Shown one piece after another: positions 19,943 through 30,479 of a DNA stretch of 64,000 nt; positions within the stretch are counted from its first letter, which is position 1; every line of letters begins with the position of its first letter. The notes under the pieces are model-generated. The model saw only the letters and a program-made list of their open reading frames with translations, was not told where the DNA came from and did not search any database. Origin of the DNA: an uncultured delta proteobacterium (GTDB taxonomy: Bacteria; Desulfobacterota; Desulfobacteria; Desulfobacterales; JAHEIW01); contig CAVPNL010000015.1 in assembly GCA_963706575.1 (NCBI GenBank), forward strand, positions 416,001-480,000. The letters are read 5' to 3'. Position numbers and translations under genes: made by a program.

Positions 19943-21109
19943 TCAGCATTGACGGATCGAATGTTTAATTTTTAGGATCCACCTGTTTTGTTCCGCCTGT
20001 TTGACAGCCAGTCTAGAAGTGTCCGCCTTACCGTAATAGCTTTGTAGCCCGGAGTTCATTATCAATTTTCTCAGCACGGGATTGAATATGAAAATAGATT
20101 TTAAATTTTTTAGAAATATATTTTTCCTGAGTTGGCGAGTCTTCTCTTGATACCGTTTTTCAAACCCATCGAGTGTGCTTCGCAAGGCGTCTGCCAGCAT
20201 CAGAGCAGTTTTAAAAGCATAGCTGATTCCTTCTGCTGAACTGGGGCTGATCCAGCCCGCCGCTTCACCCAGCAAGGCAATTCCCTGTCCGCCGGTAAAC
20301 AATTGACTTTGCTTAACCGGCCTAAAAATCAGGGTGCCTTCTCTAAATACGGTTTTGCCAAACTTCATACCGTATCTGGAAAGTGTTGCTTTCAGCAGTG
20401 CAAATTTTTCAGCGGCCCTTTCTTTATAAGGCAGAGCCGCGCCGATCAGCAGATAGTTTCCCTTCGGAATGGTCCAGCAATAATAATCGGTGATGTTGCG
20501 ATCAAAAATTGAAGTGAAGTAAGGAAAATCGTTTTTGCGCTCAACCCATTCCTGAATGGCGACATATTTTTTAGGAAAAAGCTGCCGGGGGGCGGATTGG
20601 GTGCGAATTTTTGATTTGGCCCCGTCTGCGCCGACTAAAATTCTGGCTTTCTCCGCAAAGGTTCTTTTTTGGTGCACAAGTGAGAGCTTGAAACCGTTGT
20701 CTTGCGAAGAATACGATTGCAGCCGGCAATGGGTTCGAATGTCGACAGTGGCGGGTACCAGCGAAAGTAGCCAGGAATCAAACTTTTTCCGGTTCATATT
20801 GATATAGTGGCGCTGATAATATTTTTCCAACCCCTGGCACAAATCTATGGATTTAACAACAAAAAGCTGAGGGTCCTCTAAAACGCTTTTAGGCAGGCCC
20901 AAACCCAGTTTTGACAGCATCATCTGTGCATCCGGGGCCAGAAGCCCGCCGCAGCATTTTATCGAAGAAAAATTTTCAGACCAATCGGGCAGCTGCCGCT
21001 TTTCGATTAATAAAACTTTATAACGGTCCCCGATGAGCCTGGCGAGTGTGGTTCCGGCGGGACCGGCACCTATGATGGCCACATCATACATAAAATCTAT
21101 TTCGCCCAC
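19943..21109 (-). CDS. FAD-dependent oxidoreductase, CbrA/geranylgeranyl reductase family
   Basis: DVAIIGAGPAG, KCCGGLLAPDAQ, GADGA and GEAAGWISPSSAEGIS motifs. Confidence 0.85.
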   Translation of the reverse strand: MGEIDFMYDVAIIGAGPAGTTLARLIGDRYKVLLIEKRQLPDWSENFSSIKCCGGLLAPDAQMMLSKLGLGLPKSVLEDPQLFVVKSIDLCQGLEKYYQRHYINMNRKKFDSWLLSLVPATVDIRTHCRLQSYSSQDNGFKLSLVHQKRTFAEKARILVGADGAKSKIRTQSAPRQLFPKKYVAIQEWVERKNDFPYFTSIFDRNITDYYCWTIPKGNYLLIGAALPYKERAAEKFALLKATLSRYGMKFGKTVFREGTLIFRPVKQSQLFTGGQGIALLGEAAGWISPSSAEGISYAFKTALMLADALRSTLDGFEKRYQEKTRQLRKNIFLKNLKSIFIFNPVLRKLIMNSGLQSYYGKADTSRLAVKQAEQNRWILKIKHSIRQC

Positions 21110-21125
21110 TGATTTTTATACGGCT

Positions 21126-21818
21126 TCACTTCAAACTCGCTGACCGGTGCGACTTGACGTGCAACCAGATGTCCATACCGATTTTGAAAAAAATAAGGAC
21201 GCAAAGCAGCCCGACCGGTGACCCCAGCATCATAACGAACACGCCGCCGGCAATGATGGCCACGTGCATCAAAACAATTCGTTTGTACGGTCGCATCATG
21301 ATTTGATTGATTTTTAGCGACAGGTATTCCTGTCCCAATAAAAAGTTCTTCACAAAAGATATCCCGTGGCTGACGGCCAGCCCCAGAACCGGCCACTCCA
21401 GTCCCGGCGGCCGGCTTTGCCACAGTTGCATGACAACCGAATAGAGCAGTTGCAAAAATATCAAAGGACCCATCCATGGGTCTCCGGGGGTAAGGGCGTT
21501 CCAATCGACCCCGATTTTAAAAAAGGTCAATAGAAAAAAGCCATGAACGGCACAAAAGCCGCCAAAGTGTACACAGAAAAAGGGGATCATAAACAACTTC
21601 TGAAATTGCCCGGCGGCAGATTCAGCTTTTACCAGAATCATCCTGAGGACGTTGAACAATCCGATAATTAAATTCTCGATCCAGTAAAGAAGGACGATAG
21701 CGGCCGCATCCCAGCCCAGAAAAACAACGCCGAACAGGGGCGCCAGATTGGCGACCGTAAGGGCCTGTATGGAAAGTGAGGGCTTTTGCAGATTTTTATG
21801 GGAGATAATTTGCTTCAT
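21126..21818 (-). CDS. DUF6498-type membrane protein
   Basis: ANLAPLFGVVFLGWD...LYWIEN, FFCVHFGGF and PYKRIVLMH motifs. Confidence 0.7.
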   Translation of the reverse strand: MKQIISHKNLQKPSLSIQALTVANLAPLFGVVFLGWDAAAIVLLYWIENLIIGLFNVLRMILVKAESAAGQFQKLFMIPFFCVHFGGFCAVHGFFLLTFFKIGVDWNALTPGDPWMGPLIFLQLLYSVVMQLWQSRPPGLEWPVLGLAVSHGISFVKNFLLGQEYLSLKINQIMMRPYKRIVLMHVAIIAGGVFVMMLGSPVGLLCVLIFFKIGMDIWLHVKSHRSASLK

Positions 21819-22004
21819 GGGTTATGAATATTTTCGCATATCGTGCTCAAAAAAGCAAAAAAAGGAACCTATATCCCTAAATTTACTGACAAATGCTTTT
21901 TAGACACCGGCAGGATCGATTCACCATCACTATTCATGTTTTTTGGAAATTGGTACCCGAATTAAGCCATGGAGGAAAACAACTTCGTGTCATACGAAAC
22001 TGTC

Positions 22005-22742
22005 TCAGCTAACTGTAGGCGGGTCGCTCTCAGGTTTAACCTTCTCTTGATACAGGCAATAGAACCGGAACACTAAAATCAGGCTCAGCCATCCAAATAT
22101 TGAAAAAAGTGAATCGACCAATGTTCCGAAATATAGATTATAAAGCCCGATCTGATTCAGAAACAGTTGAATTAATAATAAGGAGGCGACAAGTAAAAAG
22201 CCGATAATAATGAGAGAATTGGCGATCTGCCAGGTATATCCTTTGGTGACCTGAGCACTTTTCTTTAAGGCATCAACGGGTTTTAGATCATCCAGAACAA
22301 TAAAAAAGCAGTAAAACGACAACCGCACGGCAATGATGATACCGGGGACAATAAATACCAGCAAACCCAGAAAGGTAAAGGAAATGTAAATTAAAGAACC
22401 GACAACCAGGTTAAAGAGACATCTGCGGCTGTCTGTGAAGCATTTTTTAAGATCTATTTTGCTTCCCCGGATAATCATCGCATATAAGGAAATTTGGGCG
22501 CCGGTTGAAAGCGGATAAATAATTAAGGTGGCCATAAGAAGGAGAAGACCGACATTGTTGGAAAATTCAGATGAGGTATTACTGAAATAGTGGATATTTT
22601 GAATCAAAATATAAGGGAACTCAATGGTCAGTGTCAGAATTGAAATCGGCCATATATTTTTTTTAAAAAACTGAAAAATATCTTTAAGCAATTCCAGCAA
22701 AATAGATCCACCTTTGGTTTGAAGTGATTTTCGATCCCGCAA
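22005..22742 (-). CDS. Hypothetical polytopic membrane protein (YciC/DUF7847-like)
   Basis: Multiple TM; LLVFIVPGII...ALKKS...TKG pattern. Confidence 0.7.
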   Translation of the reverse strand: MRDRKSLQTKGGSILLELLKDIFQFFKKNIWPISILTLTIEFPYILIQNIHYFSNTSSEFSNNVGLLLLMATLIIYPLSTGAQISLYAMIIRGSKIDLKKCFTDSRRCLFNLVVGSLIYISFTFLGLLVFIVPGIIIAVRLSFYCFFIVLDDLKPVDALKKSAQVTKGYTWQIANSLIIIGFLLVASLLLIQLFLNQIGLYNLYFGTLVDSLFSIFGWLSLILVFRFYCLYQEKVKPESDPPTVS

Positions 22743-22812
22743 TTTAAAGACGCTGCCAGCAACAAAACAAATGGGCTGCAGCTTCTCATATCATTAATCA
22801 CCCGACTGTCGG

Positions 22813-23766
22813 TTAATCAAGGCTTCGGAAGAACTGCCAGATCTCATCACAGCCATTAATGTCGCGGCTCGTGCGACCGACCCACTTCACCGGCAGGTAC
22901 TGCCGCCCATCGGGCCACGTGTGCCCACCGCCCTCGATACGATAAAGTACCACTTTCGATTCATTTTTGCACTGGGAATATTCAATTTTGGTCACGCGGG
23001 TCCCATCGGCCGCAACGTCCGGAAGCTCGGCTATCACGGCTTCCGGGCTGCAGCGGTTCTTCCGCCGCCAGATGTGGATGGTCTCATCGGTAGAGAGCAC
23101 CACGCCTCTTTGCCGGCGAAAAACCGCGATTTGCCCACCGTTATAAGGCACTAGCGGATCTGCGGTGCCGTTGAAAACCACAAGACTGACCGCGGACTCG
23201 GAATAGCAAAGCGGCGCAATGGCGGCCGGGATCTGGGCGGTAACCGCTGCAATGGCGCGAATGGTATCGGGCAGGCCGCAACCCAGCTGAAATGACATCA
23301 GCCCGCCGTTTGAGATGCCGGTTACAAAAATTCGCTTCGTATCAATCGGGTACCGGGTGATCAGATCCTCGATCAAGGCCCGCAAAAAGCCGACATCATC
23401 GATGCCTTTGCGGTGGGCGCCTGAAATTTTGTCCTGCCGGCCATCATTCCAGGAATTGTCGATGCCCTGCGGGTAAACCACAAAAAAGCCATCGCGGTCG
23501 GCCAGCTCGTTGAACCTTCTGTTTGTCAGCCGGAGCATCCCGCGATTTGTGCCGCCACCACCGTGCAGCACCAGCAACAGCGGCCGCGCGCTGGAATGCT
23601 CAGTCTTAAAGGACGGTTGATACAAAATATATCGGCGCTCCAGCCCACTGTGGCTAAAGGTGCTTTCAGTCTGCTGCGGGGCGTGCGCACACGAAAACAA
23701 AACGAAAAGCAATACGCCCGCTAGGACGATTTCTGCAACAAAATATATGTCTTTAGAACGAATCAA
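22813..23766 (-). CDS. PHB depolymerase/LpqC-type alpha/beta esterase, lipoprotein
   Basis: LHGGGG, GISNGG nucleophile elbow, GTADP and GGGHTWP motifs. Confidence 0.88.
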   Translation of the reverse strand: MIRSKDIYFVAEIVLAGVLLFVLFSCAHAPQQTESTFSHSGLERRYILYQPSFKTEHSSARPLLLVLHGGGGTNRGMLRLTNRRFNELADRDGFFVVYPQGIDNSWNDGRQDKISGAHRKGIDDVGFLRALIEDLITRYPIDTKRIFVTGISNGGLMSFQLGCGLPDTIRAIAAVTAQIPAAIAPLCYSESAVSLVVFNGTADPLVPYNGGQIAVFRRQRGVVLSTDETIHIWRRKNRCSPEAVIAELPDVAADGTRVTKIEYSQCKNESKVVLYRIEGGGHTWPDGRQYLPVKWVGRTSRDINGCDEIWQFFRSLD

Positions 23767-23900
23767 GGCGGTGCACCGAGCTCAGGAAGATTTAGCCATA
23801 CCAACTGATTGAGTATCTCTCATATAGTGCAATGGGCAATCTCGAGTCTAATCAGAGCCCTTGTCGAAACAGGTCAAGAGTGCTGCCTTCCGGCACTGCC

Positions 23901-24335
23901 TTATTTCACTACCAGCCAGACACCCAGCAGCATCATGCAAAGGCCCAGCGAGCGCGATATGTCCATCGGGCGAATAACAGCGCCGAAAAATCCGAAATGA
24001 TCTATCAGGGAAGCAATCAGAAACTGCGAAGTAACGGTCAGTGTAAATCCTTTTGCAACGCCCAAGCGGGGCACGACATAACCGATTGAACCGACAATGA
24101 CCAGGCCCAATATCCCGGTGAAGAGAGCATACCACGGGACGCTCTGCCAGTTTTTTAGATTGCCGCCGCGAAAAGCGATCAAGATCAGCGCAATAATTAA
24201 CCCGCCGCCGACATAGGTCACAAATACGCTGGCTATGGTTCCCAGGGCACGATCCAGCAAACCCATGAACTGGCCCTGCAGGGCGATGGCGATCCCACCC
24301 ATAATTGCAATACAGATCAGAAAAACAGTGCTCAT
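23901..24335 (-). CDS. DMT family transporter (YdcZ/DUF606)
   Basis: GIAIALQG, PWYALFTG and IDHFGFFG motifs. Confidence 0.85.
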   Translation of the reverse strand: MSTVFLICIAIMGGIAIALQGQFMGLLDRALGTIASVFVTYVGGGLIIALILIAFRGGNLKNWQSVPWYALFTGILGLVIVGSIGYVVPRLGVAKGFTLTVTSQFLIASLIDHFGFFGAVIRPMDISRSLGLCMMLLGVWLVVK

Positions 24336-24460
24336 TTGCCAATCCCTCCATTACGGTTCATAAATTAATTGATGTCTTGATCTGATGCGCGCTCTCTGTT
24401 ATTTGACGGGTCTGGTTTAATTTTGCAACAGCAAATACCGCCTTTGGCAAATTAGCGAAC

Positions 24461-25756
24461 ATGACCCTGTTGGAACACATACCGGCCATCGTTAAAATGA
24501 TATTGATCTTTTTTCTGGTGCTGATATGCATCCGAAAAAAGCTTTCTCTGGGCAATGCCTTTTTGCTGGGAAGCCTGTTTTTAAGCTTTTTATTCGGGCT
24601 GAAACCCCAGGCAACATTAACGTCCATTTTCGCATCCATTACCGATCCCAAAACCCTGTCCATTGCCGTGGTCGTTTCCCTTATTCTGGTCCTTAGCAGC
24701 AGTATGGAGCTGGCCGGCCAGATGCAGCGTATGCTGAAAAACTTTCAAGGCCTGGTTGCGAGTCCGCGGCTGAATCTGATCGTTTTCCCGGCTCTGATCG
24801 GATTGTTACCCATGCCGGGAGGCGCCATCTTTTCGGCGCCCATGGTCAAAGAACTGGGAATGCGATCAAAACTTACCGAAGCCCAGTTGAGTTTTGTCAA
24901 TTACTGGTTTCGCCATATCTGGGAACACTGGTGGCCCCTTTATCCAGGAATTCTTTTGACCACCGTTATCACTGAAATCAGCCTTCTTGCCATCATTGCA
25001 ATCATGTGCCCGTTTACGGCCGTTGCCGTATGGCTGGGTTACCGCGCCTTAAAAGGTCCCGGCAGCCTCCCAGCAAACGATAACAAAAATCTGCGCCTGC
25101 CGCTGTGGCCTTTTATCAAAGAGCTGCTGCCTATTCTTGTGGTGATATTTCCGGGCCTGGGGATGGGGGTCCTTTTGTCAAAATTATTTCCAGCGTTGCC
25201 GGTATCAAAGGAAATCGGTCTGATCCTGGCCCTCTGTATGGCGATTGCCTGGGTTTGGTATCAAAACGGAACATCTAAAAAACAGATTATATCGACGCTG
25301 ACCAATCCTCAGCTCCTAAAAATGATGTACATGATCGCCGGCATATTGATCTTTAAAGGCATCTTAACTGACAGCCGGGCTGCTGCTGCCGTCAGTCAGG
25401 AGCTCATCCAGATGCATATCCCCCTGGTGCTGATCGCCGTGATGCTGCCGCTTCTGGTTGGCATGTCGGGTGGCATTGTTATCGCCTTTGTGGGCAGTAC
25501 CCTTCCCATTTTAGTGCCCATGATCCAGTCTCTGGGTGAAGCGCAGTTCCTGCCGGCCTATGTCATGCTGATCCTTGTCAGCGGCTTTACGGGAGTCATG
25601 CTTTCGCCGATGCACCTGTGTTTCCTTTTATCCAATGAGTACTTCGGTGTCCCCCTGGGATCCGTCTATCGGCATCTGTGGAAACCCTGCGCTTCACTGG
25701 TCGCCGCCGCTATGGTCTATTTTTGGATTCTGCACGCGTTGTGGGGCTGGATCTAG
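24461..25756 (+). CDS. DUF401 family membrane protein (ion-transporter superfamily)
   Basis: PALIGLLPMPGGAIFSAPMV, NYWFRHIWE and LSPMHLC motifs. Confidence 0.85.
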   Translation: MTLLEHIPAIVKMILIFFLVLICIRKKLSLGNAFLLGSLFLSFLFGLKPQATLTSIFASITDPKTLSIAVVVSLILVLSSSMELAGQMQRMLKNFQGLVASPRLNLIVFPALIGLLPMPGGAIFSAPMVKELGMRSKLTEAQLSFVNYWFRHIWEHWWPLYPGILLTTVITEISLLAIIAIMCPFTAVAVWLGYRALKGPGSLPANDNKNLRLPLWPFIKELLPILVVIFPGLGMGVLLSKLFPALPVSKEIGLILALCMAIAWVWYQNGTSKKQIISTLTNPQLLKMMYMIAGILIFKGILTDSRAAAAVSQELIQMHIPLVLIAVMLPLLVGMSGGIVIAFVGSTLPILVPMIQSLGEAQFLPAYVMLILVSGFTGVMLSPMHLCFLLSNEYFGVPLGSVYRHLWKPCASLVAAAMVYFWILHALWGWI

Positions 25757-25765
25757 CTTTGTGGT

Positions 25766-25969
25766 TAGAAGTGGTTTCAAAACCTCAGATCAGGTTCAAG
25801 GGCAAGGCGTCAGGCCGATCGGGAAAGTCGTTGTTCTCAGCATACATGGGTATGTGAGCATTTACCGGAGGCCTGTGCTGCACCCTAGTGCATAAAATTA
25901 GATGCGAATCCCGCGCTAGCGGGGCAACGCAGCCATTGGGCCTTAGATGGGGTTTTGAAACCACTTCTA
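25766..25969. mobile_element. MITE-like element with 19-bp perfect terminal inverted repeats
   Basis: TAGAAGTGGTTTCAAAACC / GGTTTTGAAACCACTTCTA; shares subterminal GGTTCAAG and CAAC..AGC.ATTGGGCC motifs with the 2092-2287 element. Confidence 0.7.
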
Positions 25970-25972
25970 GCG

Positions 25973-27103
25973 TTATCGGGCCGGCAGATCAATCAAGACG
26001 ATAAGACCGCTGCCGCGCCTGCGGGTATCCGGCCGGTGGGTGATGACCAGGCCCATGATCTGGCTGCCGTCCGGACTCCAGTCGAAATCGGCCGCCACCG
26101 CAAAGGATCTGGCGAGATAGTGCGGGTGCCGGGGTGTATGAAATCGGGTCAGGCGCTCTTTCCGGCTGCCGTCTAAATTCATTACCCAGAAATCCGTTTG
26201 AAGATCAAACGGTTTGATCCTGAATCTCAGATCCTTGCTCGACATCCAGACAATTCTTTTGCCGTCCGGAGCATAGTGCGCATGTTCGTCCCAGGTCAAC
26301 GGCGCGTGGTGCGTCAAACGCCGGGTGCTTCCGTTTGCCACATTCATTTCGTAGATTTCCAGCGGCCCGTCCTGGTTGCCGGTAAATAAGACATGACGGT
26401 CGTCCGGGCTGAAATTGTGGCTCTCAAAAAAAGCGCTTTTGCCGCCGGGATTGTAATCCCTGATGGTGCCCAGCCGGGGCCCGCTGTTTTCATCGTAGTA
26501 AAAGTCGGCGATTCGCAGGATCCATTCGCCAAAAGGCCGTCGATTGTTGCGGATGCGCTCGGCCCAGAACAGCCGGGTGCCGTCGTTTGAAAAGTGCGGA
26601 TGAAGGACGCCGGCCGCATCCTTTGAGACCGCATCGCGCACCGCATAAATTCTCCAGGCCTGGCTTCCGTCCACCGTGATAACCCACAGATCGTTGAGCG
26701 CGCCGGCGCCCGGTGTGCATTTGGTATCGGCATAGCGGGGCACATGTGCCTTCTGGGCCTGGATGACGAGCAGTTTGCCGCCCGGGTGCCAGGCCGGCTG
26801 TCCGATATGTTTATTCGGCAGCAGGGGATGATTTGCGGTCAGGCATTTCTGCCCGCTTCCGTCGGGATTCATTACCCACAGATCAAAATAACCGTCTTCG
26901 CCGAGCCGGTCAAAAGCGATTTGATTTGTTTTTTTGCTCCAGGCCAGGTGGCCGCCGTCTTCGGTAATAATTTGAATCCCGGCCGTATTTATTCCCTGCG
27001 GAGCCAACACTTCGGGTAAAGGCGCTTCGACCGGCCCCACACAGGCAGTCGATAAAATCAAAAAACTAAAACAAAAATTCCTCACAAGCGGTGCATTTAT
27101 CAT
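25973..27103 (-). CDS. TolB-like/PD40 beta-propeller lipoprotein
   Basis: Lipobox STAC; repeated PxW/FSPDG motifs. Confidence 0.8.
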   Translation of the reverse strand: MINAPLVRNFCFSFLILSTACVGPVEAPLPEVLAPQGINTAGIQIITEDGGHLAWSKKTNQIAFDRLGEDGYFDLWVMNPDGSGQKCLTANHPLLPNKHIGQPAWHPGGKLLVIQAQKAHVPRYADTKCTPGAGALNDLWVITVDGSQAWRIYAVRDAVSKDAAGVLHPHFSNDGTRLFWAERIRNNRRPFGEWILRIADFYYDENSGPRLGTIRDYNPGGKSAFFESHNFSPDDRHVLFTGNQDGPLEIYEMNVANGSTRRLTHHAPLTWDEHAHYAPDGKRIVWMSSKDLRFRIKPFDLQTDFWVMNLDGSRKERLTRFHTPRHPHYLARSFAVAADFDWSPDGSQIMGLVITHRPDTRRRGSGLIVLIDLPAR

Positions 27104-27297
27104 TCAGAATTCGATTCCTTTTTTCCTGCCGGAATTAAATATTCGGTTTTTATTGATTTAAGATACTGCCAGTGGGTTTTACGAGCCCGAGGCGTACGGG
27201 TATCCATGCAGCAAGCCTCACACAAAATTTTTGAATGATGATGATGTTCTTCTCCCCTTTTCATTTCGGTATGGCATTTGCTGCATTTTATCTGCAT
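27100..27297 (-). CDS. Small zinc-finger-like protein
   Basis: CxxC...LCEAC; ATGA overlap with the downstream gene. Confidence 0.65.
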   Translation of the reverse strand: MQIKCSKCHTEMKRGEEHHHHSKILCEACCMDTRTPRARKTHWQYLKSIKTEYLIPAGKKESNSE

Positions 27298-27342
27298 TTT
27301 CTTGATGAATTCTTTATTTTGTCTAGAAGTGGTTTCAAAACC

Positions 27343-28302
27343 TCAATTAAGGGTGATTTTCGAACCCACGCTGTTGAGAACAAATGATGACGCAAACTCC
27401 CGGGAAAACATCTCCATGGCCTTTCGGCCGGTACAGTGCATCGGAACAACCACAGCCGGTGACAGTGCTTTTAATTCATCAATGGTTTTCTTCAATATCT
27501 TTTCAAAAAAGGCGCCCGAGAGATGAAAGCCGCCCAGTACCGCATATACCTTCTCAACACCCGTGAGTTTTTTCGCATACTTTACGGTATTAATGATCCC
27601 CGCATGGCTGCAGCCCGAGATGACCACCAGTCCCTTCCCGCGTAAATTGATTATCAGTGCCTGATCATCCTTAATGGGATCCGGCTCCAGATTGCCATCC
27701 CTTTCAATCAGGGCATTGGGCATTCCCTTTTCAAACGCCGTTGTCCGTTCTATTTCACCGGTCACCAGAATCGACGCATTCAAGATCGGGGTTGGGGTCC
27801 CGCTCTCAACGATTTTAACATTTCTTTGGTCTAGATCCTGCCTTACAAGGGTCCTCGGAAATCTCTTTTTCGACCCGTCTTTTTCTTCAAGAAATCGAGG
27901 ATGTAAAAAGGCATCCGGATGAACCACCAGCGGTATGGTATCGGATATCTTCCCCAGAATGGCATGTAAAGAGCCGGTATGGTCCATGTGGGCATGGCTC
28001 AAAACAATCGCCTCCATCTCATTCGGATCTACGGCGAGTTTATCCATATTGTGCAGAACGCCCATTTTGCTATACCCCGTATCAAGTAGGATCGTATGCT
28101 TCTCGGTGCCTCGCTGCACCCGGACCAGCAGGCAAAGACCGTGCTCGGCCAGCAGGGTATCCGTGGGGATTTCTTCGCCTACCGCCATGGGGGGTCTTGT
28201 AACCACCGCTGTATCCTCCAGAAGGACGTCCACAAAGTTATCCATCAGCGTCAAAACCTCTACGCGGTCTACTTCTTTCAATGGGACAGATAAAGGATCC
28301 AT
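27343..28302 (-). CDS. MBL-fold metallo-hydrolase (DHPS-like/MJ0448 group)
   Basis: AEHG, LSHAHMDHTG, GCSHAG, GGFHL and PMHCTG motifs. Confidence 0.9.
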   Translation of the reverse strand: MDPLSVPLKEVDRVEVLTLMDNFVDVLLEDTAVVTRPPMAVGEEIPTDTLLAEHGLCLLVRVQRGTEKHTILLDTGYSKMGVLHNMDKLAVDPNEMEAIVLSHAHMDHTGSLHAILGKISDTIPLVVHPDAFLHPRFLEEKDGSKKRFPRTLVRQDLDQRNVKIVESGTPTPILNASILVTGEIERTTAFEKGMPNALIERDGNLEPDPIKDDQALIINLRGKGLVVISGCSHAGIINTVKYAKKLTGVEKVYAVLGGFHLSGAFFEKILKKTIDELKALSPAVVVPMHCTGRKAMEMFSREFASSFVLNSVGSKITLN

Positions 28303-28524
28303 ATCAACTCCTTTCTTTTAATGTAAAAAGGGCCAACCCTTGAAGTGTGAAGACAGTTGAAGTCTCAAAGATGGCAGATTACCTTCAGGAGCCCCGCTGC
28401 TCATCGGAAATTTACAGCTAAACGGAAATATGCTATTTTTTGCATACTATTACCGCAAACATCAGATCATTACAAAATAAAACCGCATTCATCATTTTTG
28501 ATCGAACAGGGTGATCCTCGACAA

Positions 28525-28615
28525 ATGAACTTCCAAACATTGCTGCTGATAGCCCCGCCGATTCTGCTGGCATTGACCTTTCACGAGTATGCCCATGCCT
28601 ATGCGGCCTACCGGC
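28525..28615 (+). pseudogene. N-terminal fragment of a site-2 protease (M50)
   Basis: MNFQTLLLIAPPILLALTFHEYAHAYAAYR carries the HExxH motif. Similarity stops abruptly where LGDxT is expected. Confidence 0.65.
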
Positions 28616-28732
28616 GTATCTGTTCTGGGTGGACTCATCTGGCCCTTTGTAGATTTTTTCCGGGCGCTCTTCGCCGGGATATAAGCTCAATCTTCAAAAC
28701 GAAACGCTGTCGCGCAAGGCTGCCAAGCGAAG

Positions 28733-28904
28733 CGGATTTAACCGGGGATCTGGCCGGTACGGTGGCCTGCCCTATTCGAACATCATCCATTCCCATGAGT
28801 CGTCGTTTTCCGCCATGAACTGTCCTCCTGGGACCATGAGCTGTCCTTTTGCGTCATGACTCGCCTCGTTAAATCTTTCCAGAGGAAAACGGATTTAACC
28901 GGGG
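28733..28904. repeat. 15-bp direct repeats flanking four ~20-21-bp CATGA units
   Basis: CGGATTTAACCGGGG at 28733 and 28890; (C/T)CATGA units at 28793, 28813, 28834 and 28854. Confidence 0.5.
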
Positions 28905-28912
28905 TGAAAAAA

Positions 28913-30463
28913 CTATTTGATGGGTGGAACCGGCTTGCCTTCTAAACGGTCGGAAACCAGGCGACCGAGAAACCTCGCAAACGGCGCGATATCCTGGTCC
29001 ACGCTCGCGCTTTCCAATGCCGCCATATAGTCGTTTCGCTTTTGCAGGGGAATAACAGTCCAGGGGTACCCGCCTGCGGCGAGCATCACGTTCATCAGAA
29101 ATCGTCCCATACGGCCATTGCCGTCCATGTACGGATGGATATATACGAACATAAAGTGCCCCAGAACAACACGCACCGCCGGTTCCGGCTCTTCTTTCAA
29201 CAAATCAATGAAGGCCGGCATGCAGTTCCGCACCGCTTCATGGCGCGGCGGCACGTGCATTGAGCGGCGGATATATACCTGACCAGCGCGATAGCCGGCG
29301 AGGTCCGCTGTCTGCAAAAGGCCGGCTGCTGCGCCCGGTCCAAACATCTCGCGGTACCAGTCACCGTGGTCATCATCGCTGACGGCCCCGGGATTATGAC
29401 CCTTAAGTACTTTGTGCACGCTTTTGCGAACCGCCTGATAGGCCTGCCAGTACCCGCGTGCGGCCAGGGCATTACGGTGTTCGCGATCATTTTCGTTTTC
29501 ATCCGGGTTCCACTTGCCACCACGGATCCGCTCGATCAGCCCTGAACTGACCCGGTAGCCTTCAATGGACAACGAGTGATAGGCGTCGGTAACATAAATG
29601 TCGTCGGCTGCCTTGAGATAGGAGGCGATAGCGGAAGGGCGGCCGGGGGCGGCCGGAAATTGTTTTAGGATGGTTGTTCGCATCTGCTGCCACATCAGAC
29701 GTATACGGTTCACATAGGGCGACTGTTCGCGTGCCGGCAGGATCAGATTTATGGTGTCTTCGAATGGATCTTCTTCACGAATGTCGTAGTCTGCGGTTTT
29801 CATCGTTTTTATAATATCGTCGGCCATACGGTTACGTCCGATATTTCGGAACGCACCTGCCAGACGGCCGGCGACCGTGGTGTGTCCGCCTTCCAGCAGC
29901 AATGCAAGCACATCAGATGCATCGCGCACCATGGCCAGAGCCGCCCTTGCGTCCATGGCGTGCTGTCGAAAGAATTCAGGTCGGCAGCTTACCAGCCCTG
30001 CCGGTACGGAGAAAAGACGCTGGCCGTCCTTCTCTGTTATTTGCTCGGCCCCGGGCAGGGTCGCACGCGTATCGAATAACGAGGTGCCGTACGGCAGTGT
30101 TGTAATATTGTTGCCGGCCTTTGGTGAACGCACAAGCAACTGGCGTGGAACCGTCAAGTTGTCGGCATGCAGTAACAGTGACTGCTCGGGGGAGAGGCTC
30201 CAATTTGTCCCGAAACGCTCCTGTAAATAGGCGGCGCAAAAACTCCAGAAAGATGCGTACCATGCCGTGCTCTCTCCTGTGGCATCTTCCGGGCGGACAG
30301 GGATGTACCAGCCCTTCATGACCTCCAGCAGGAAGCCGTTTTTGACCAGGCGTTCCTGATGCGTCCGGGTCAGATCGCCCGAACGCACGGCGACGATACC
30401 TCGATCCTGCAGTTCTCTCAGGATCTCAAGAGACTTTGCCAGTTTTTCATGCGGGCTTGCCAT
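28913..30463 (-). CDS. Fic family protein with N-terminal AbiEi-like domain
   Basis: Fic motif HPYMDGNGRMGR; N-terminal RLVKNGFLLEVMKGWY...LSPEQSL...VPRQLLV resembles AbiEi antitoxins. Confidence 0.88.
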   Translation of the reverse strand: MASPHEKLAKSLEILRELQDRGIVAVRSGDLTRTHQERLVKNGFLLEVMKGWYIPVRPEDATGESTAWYASFWSFCAAYLQERFGTNWSLSPEQSLLLHADNLTVPRQLLVRSPKAGNNITTLPYGTSLFDTRATLPGAEQITEKDGQRLFSVPAGLVSCRPEFFRQHAMDARAALAMVRDASDVLALLLEGGHTTVAGRLAGAFRNIGRNRMADDIIKTMKTADYDIREEDPFEDTINLILPAREQSPYVNRIRLMWQQMRTTILKQFPAAPGRPSAIASYLKAADDIYVTDAYHSLSIEGYRVSSGLIERIRGGKWNPDENENDREHRNALAARGYWQAYQAVRKSVHKVLKGHNPGAVSDDDHGDWYREMFGPGAAAGLLQTADLAGYRAGQVYIRRSMHVPPRHEAVRNCMPAFIDLLKEEPEPAVRVVLGHFMFVYIHPYMDGNGRMGRFLMNVMLAAGGYPWTVIPLQKRNDYMAALESASVDQDIAPFARFLGRLVSDRLEGKPVPPIK

Positions 30464-30479
30464 GATAATTGTGTTTTTG

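Noticed and set aside
28357..28818. 153-aa ORF as a real gene
   Set aside because: It is a chimera of intergenic sequence, the M50 fragment and repeats.
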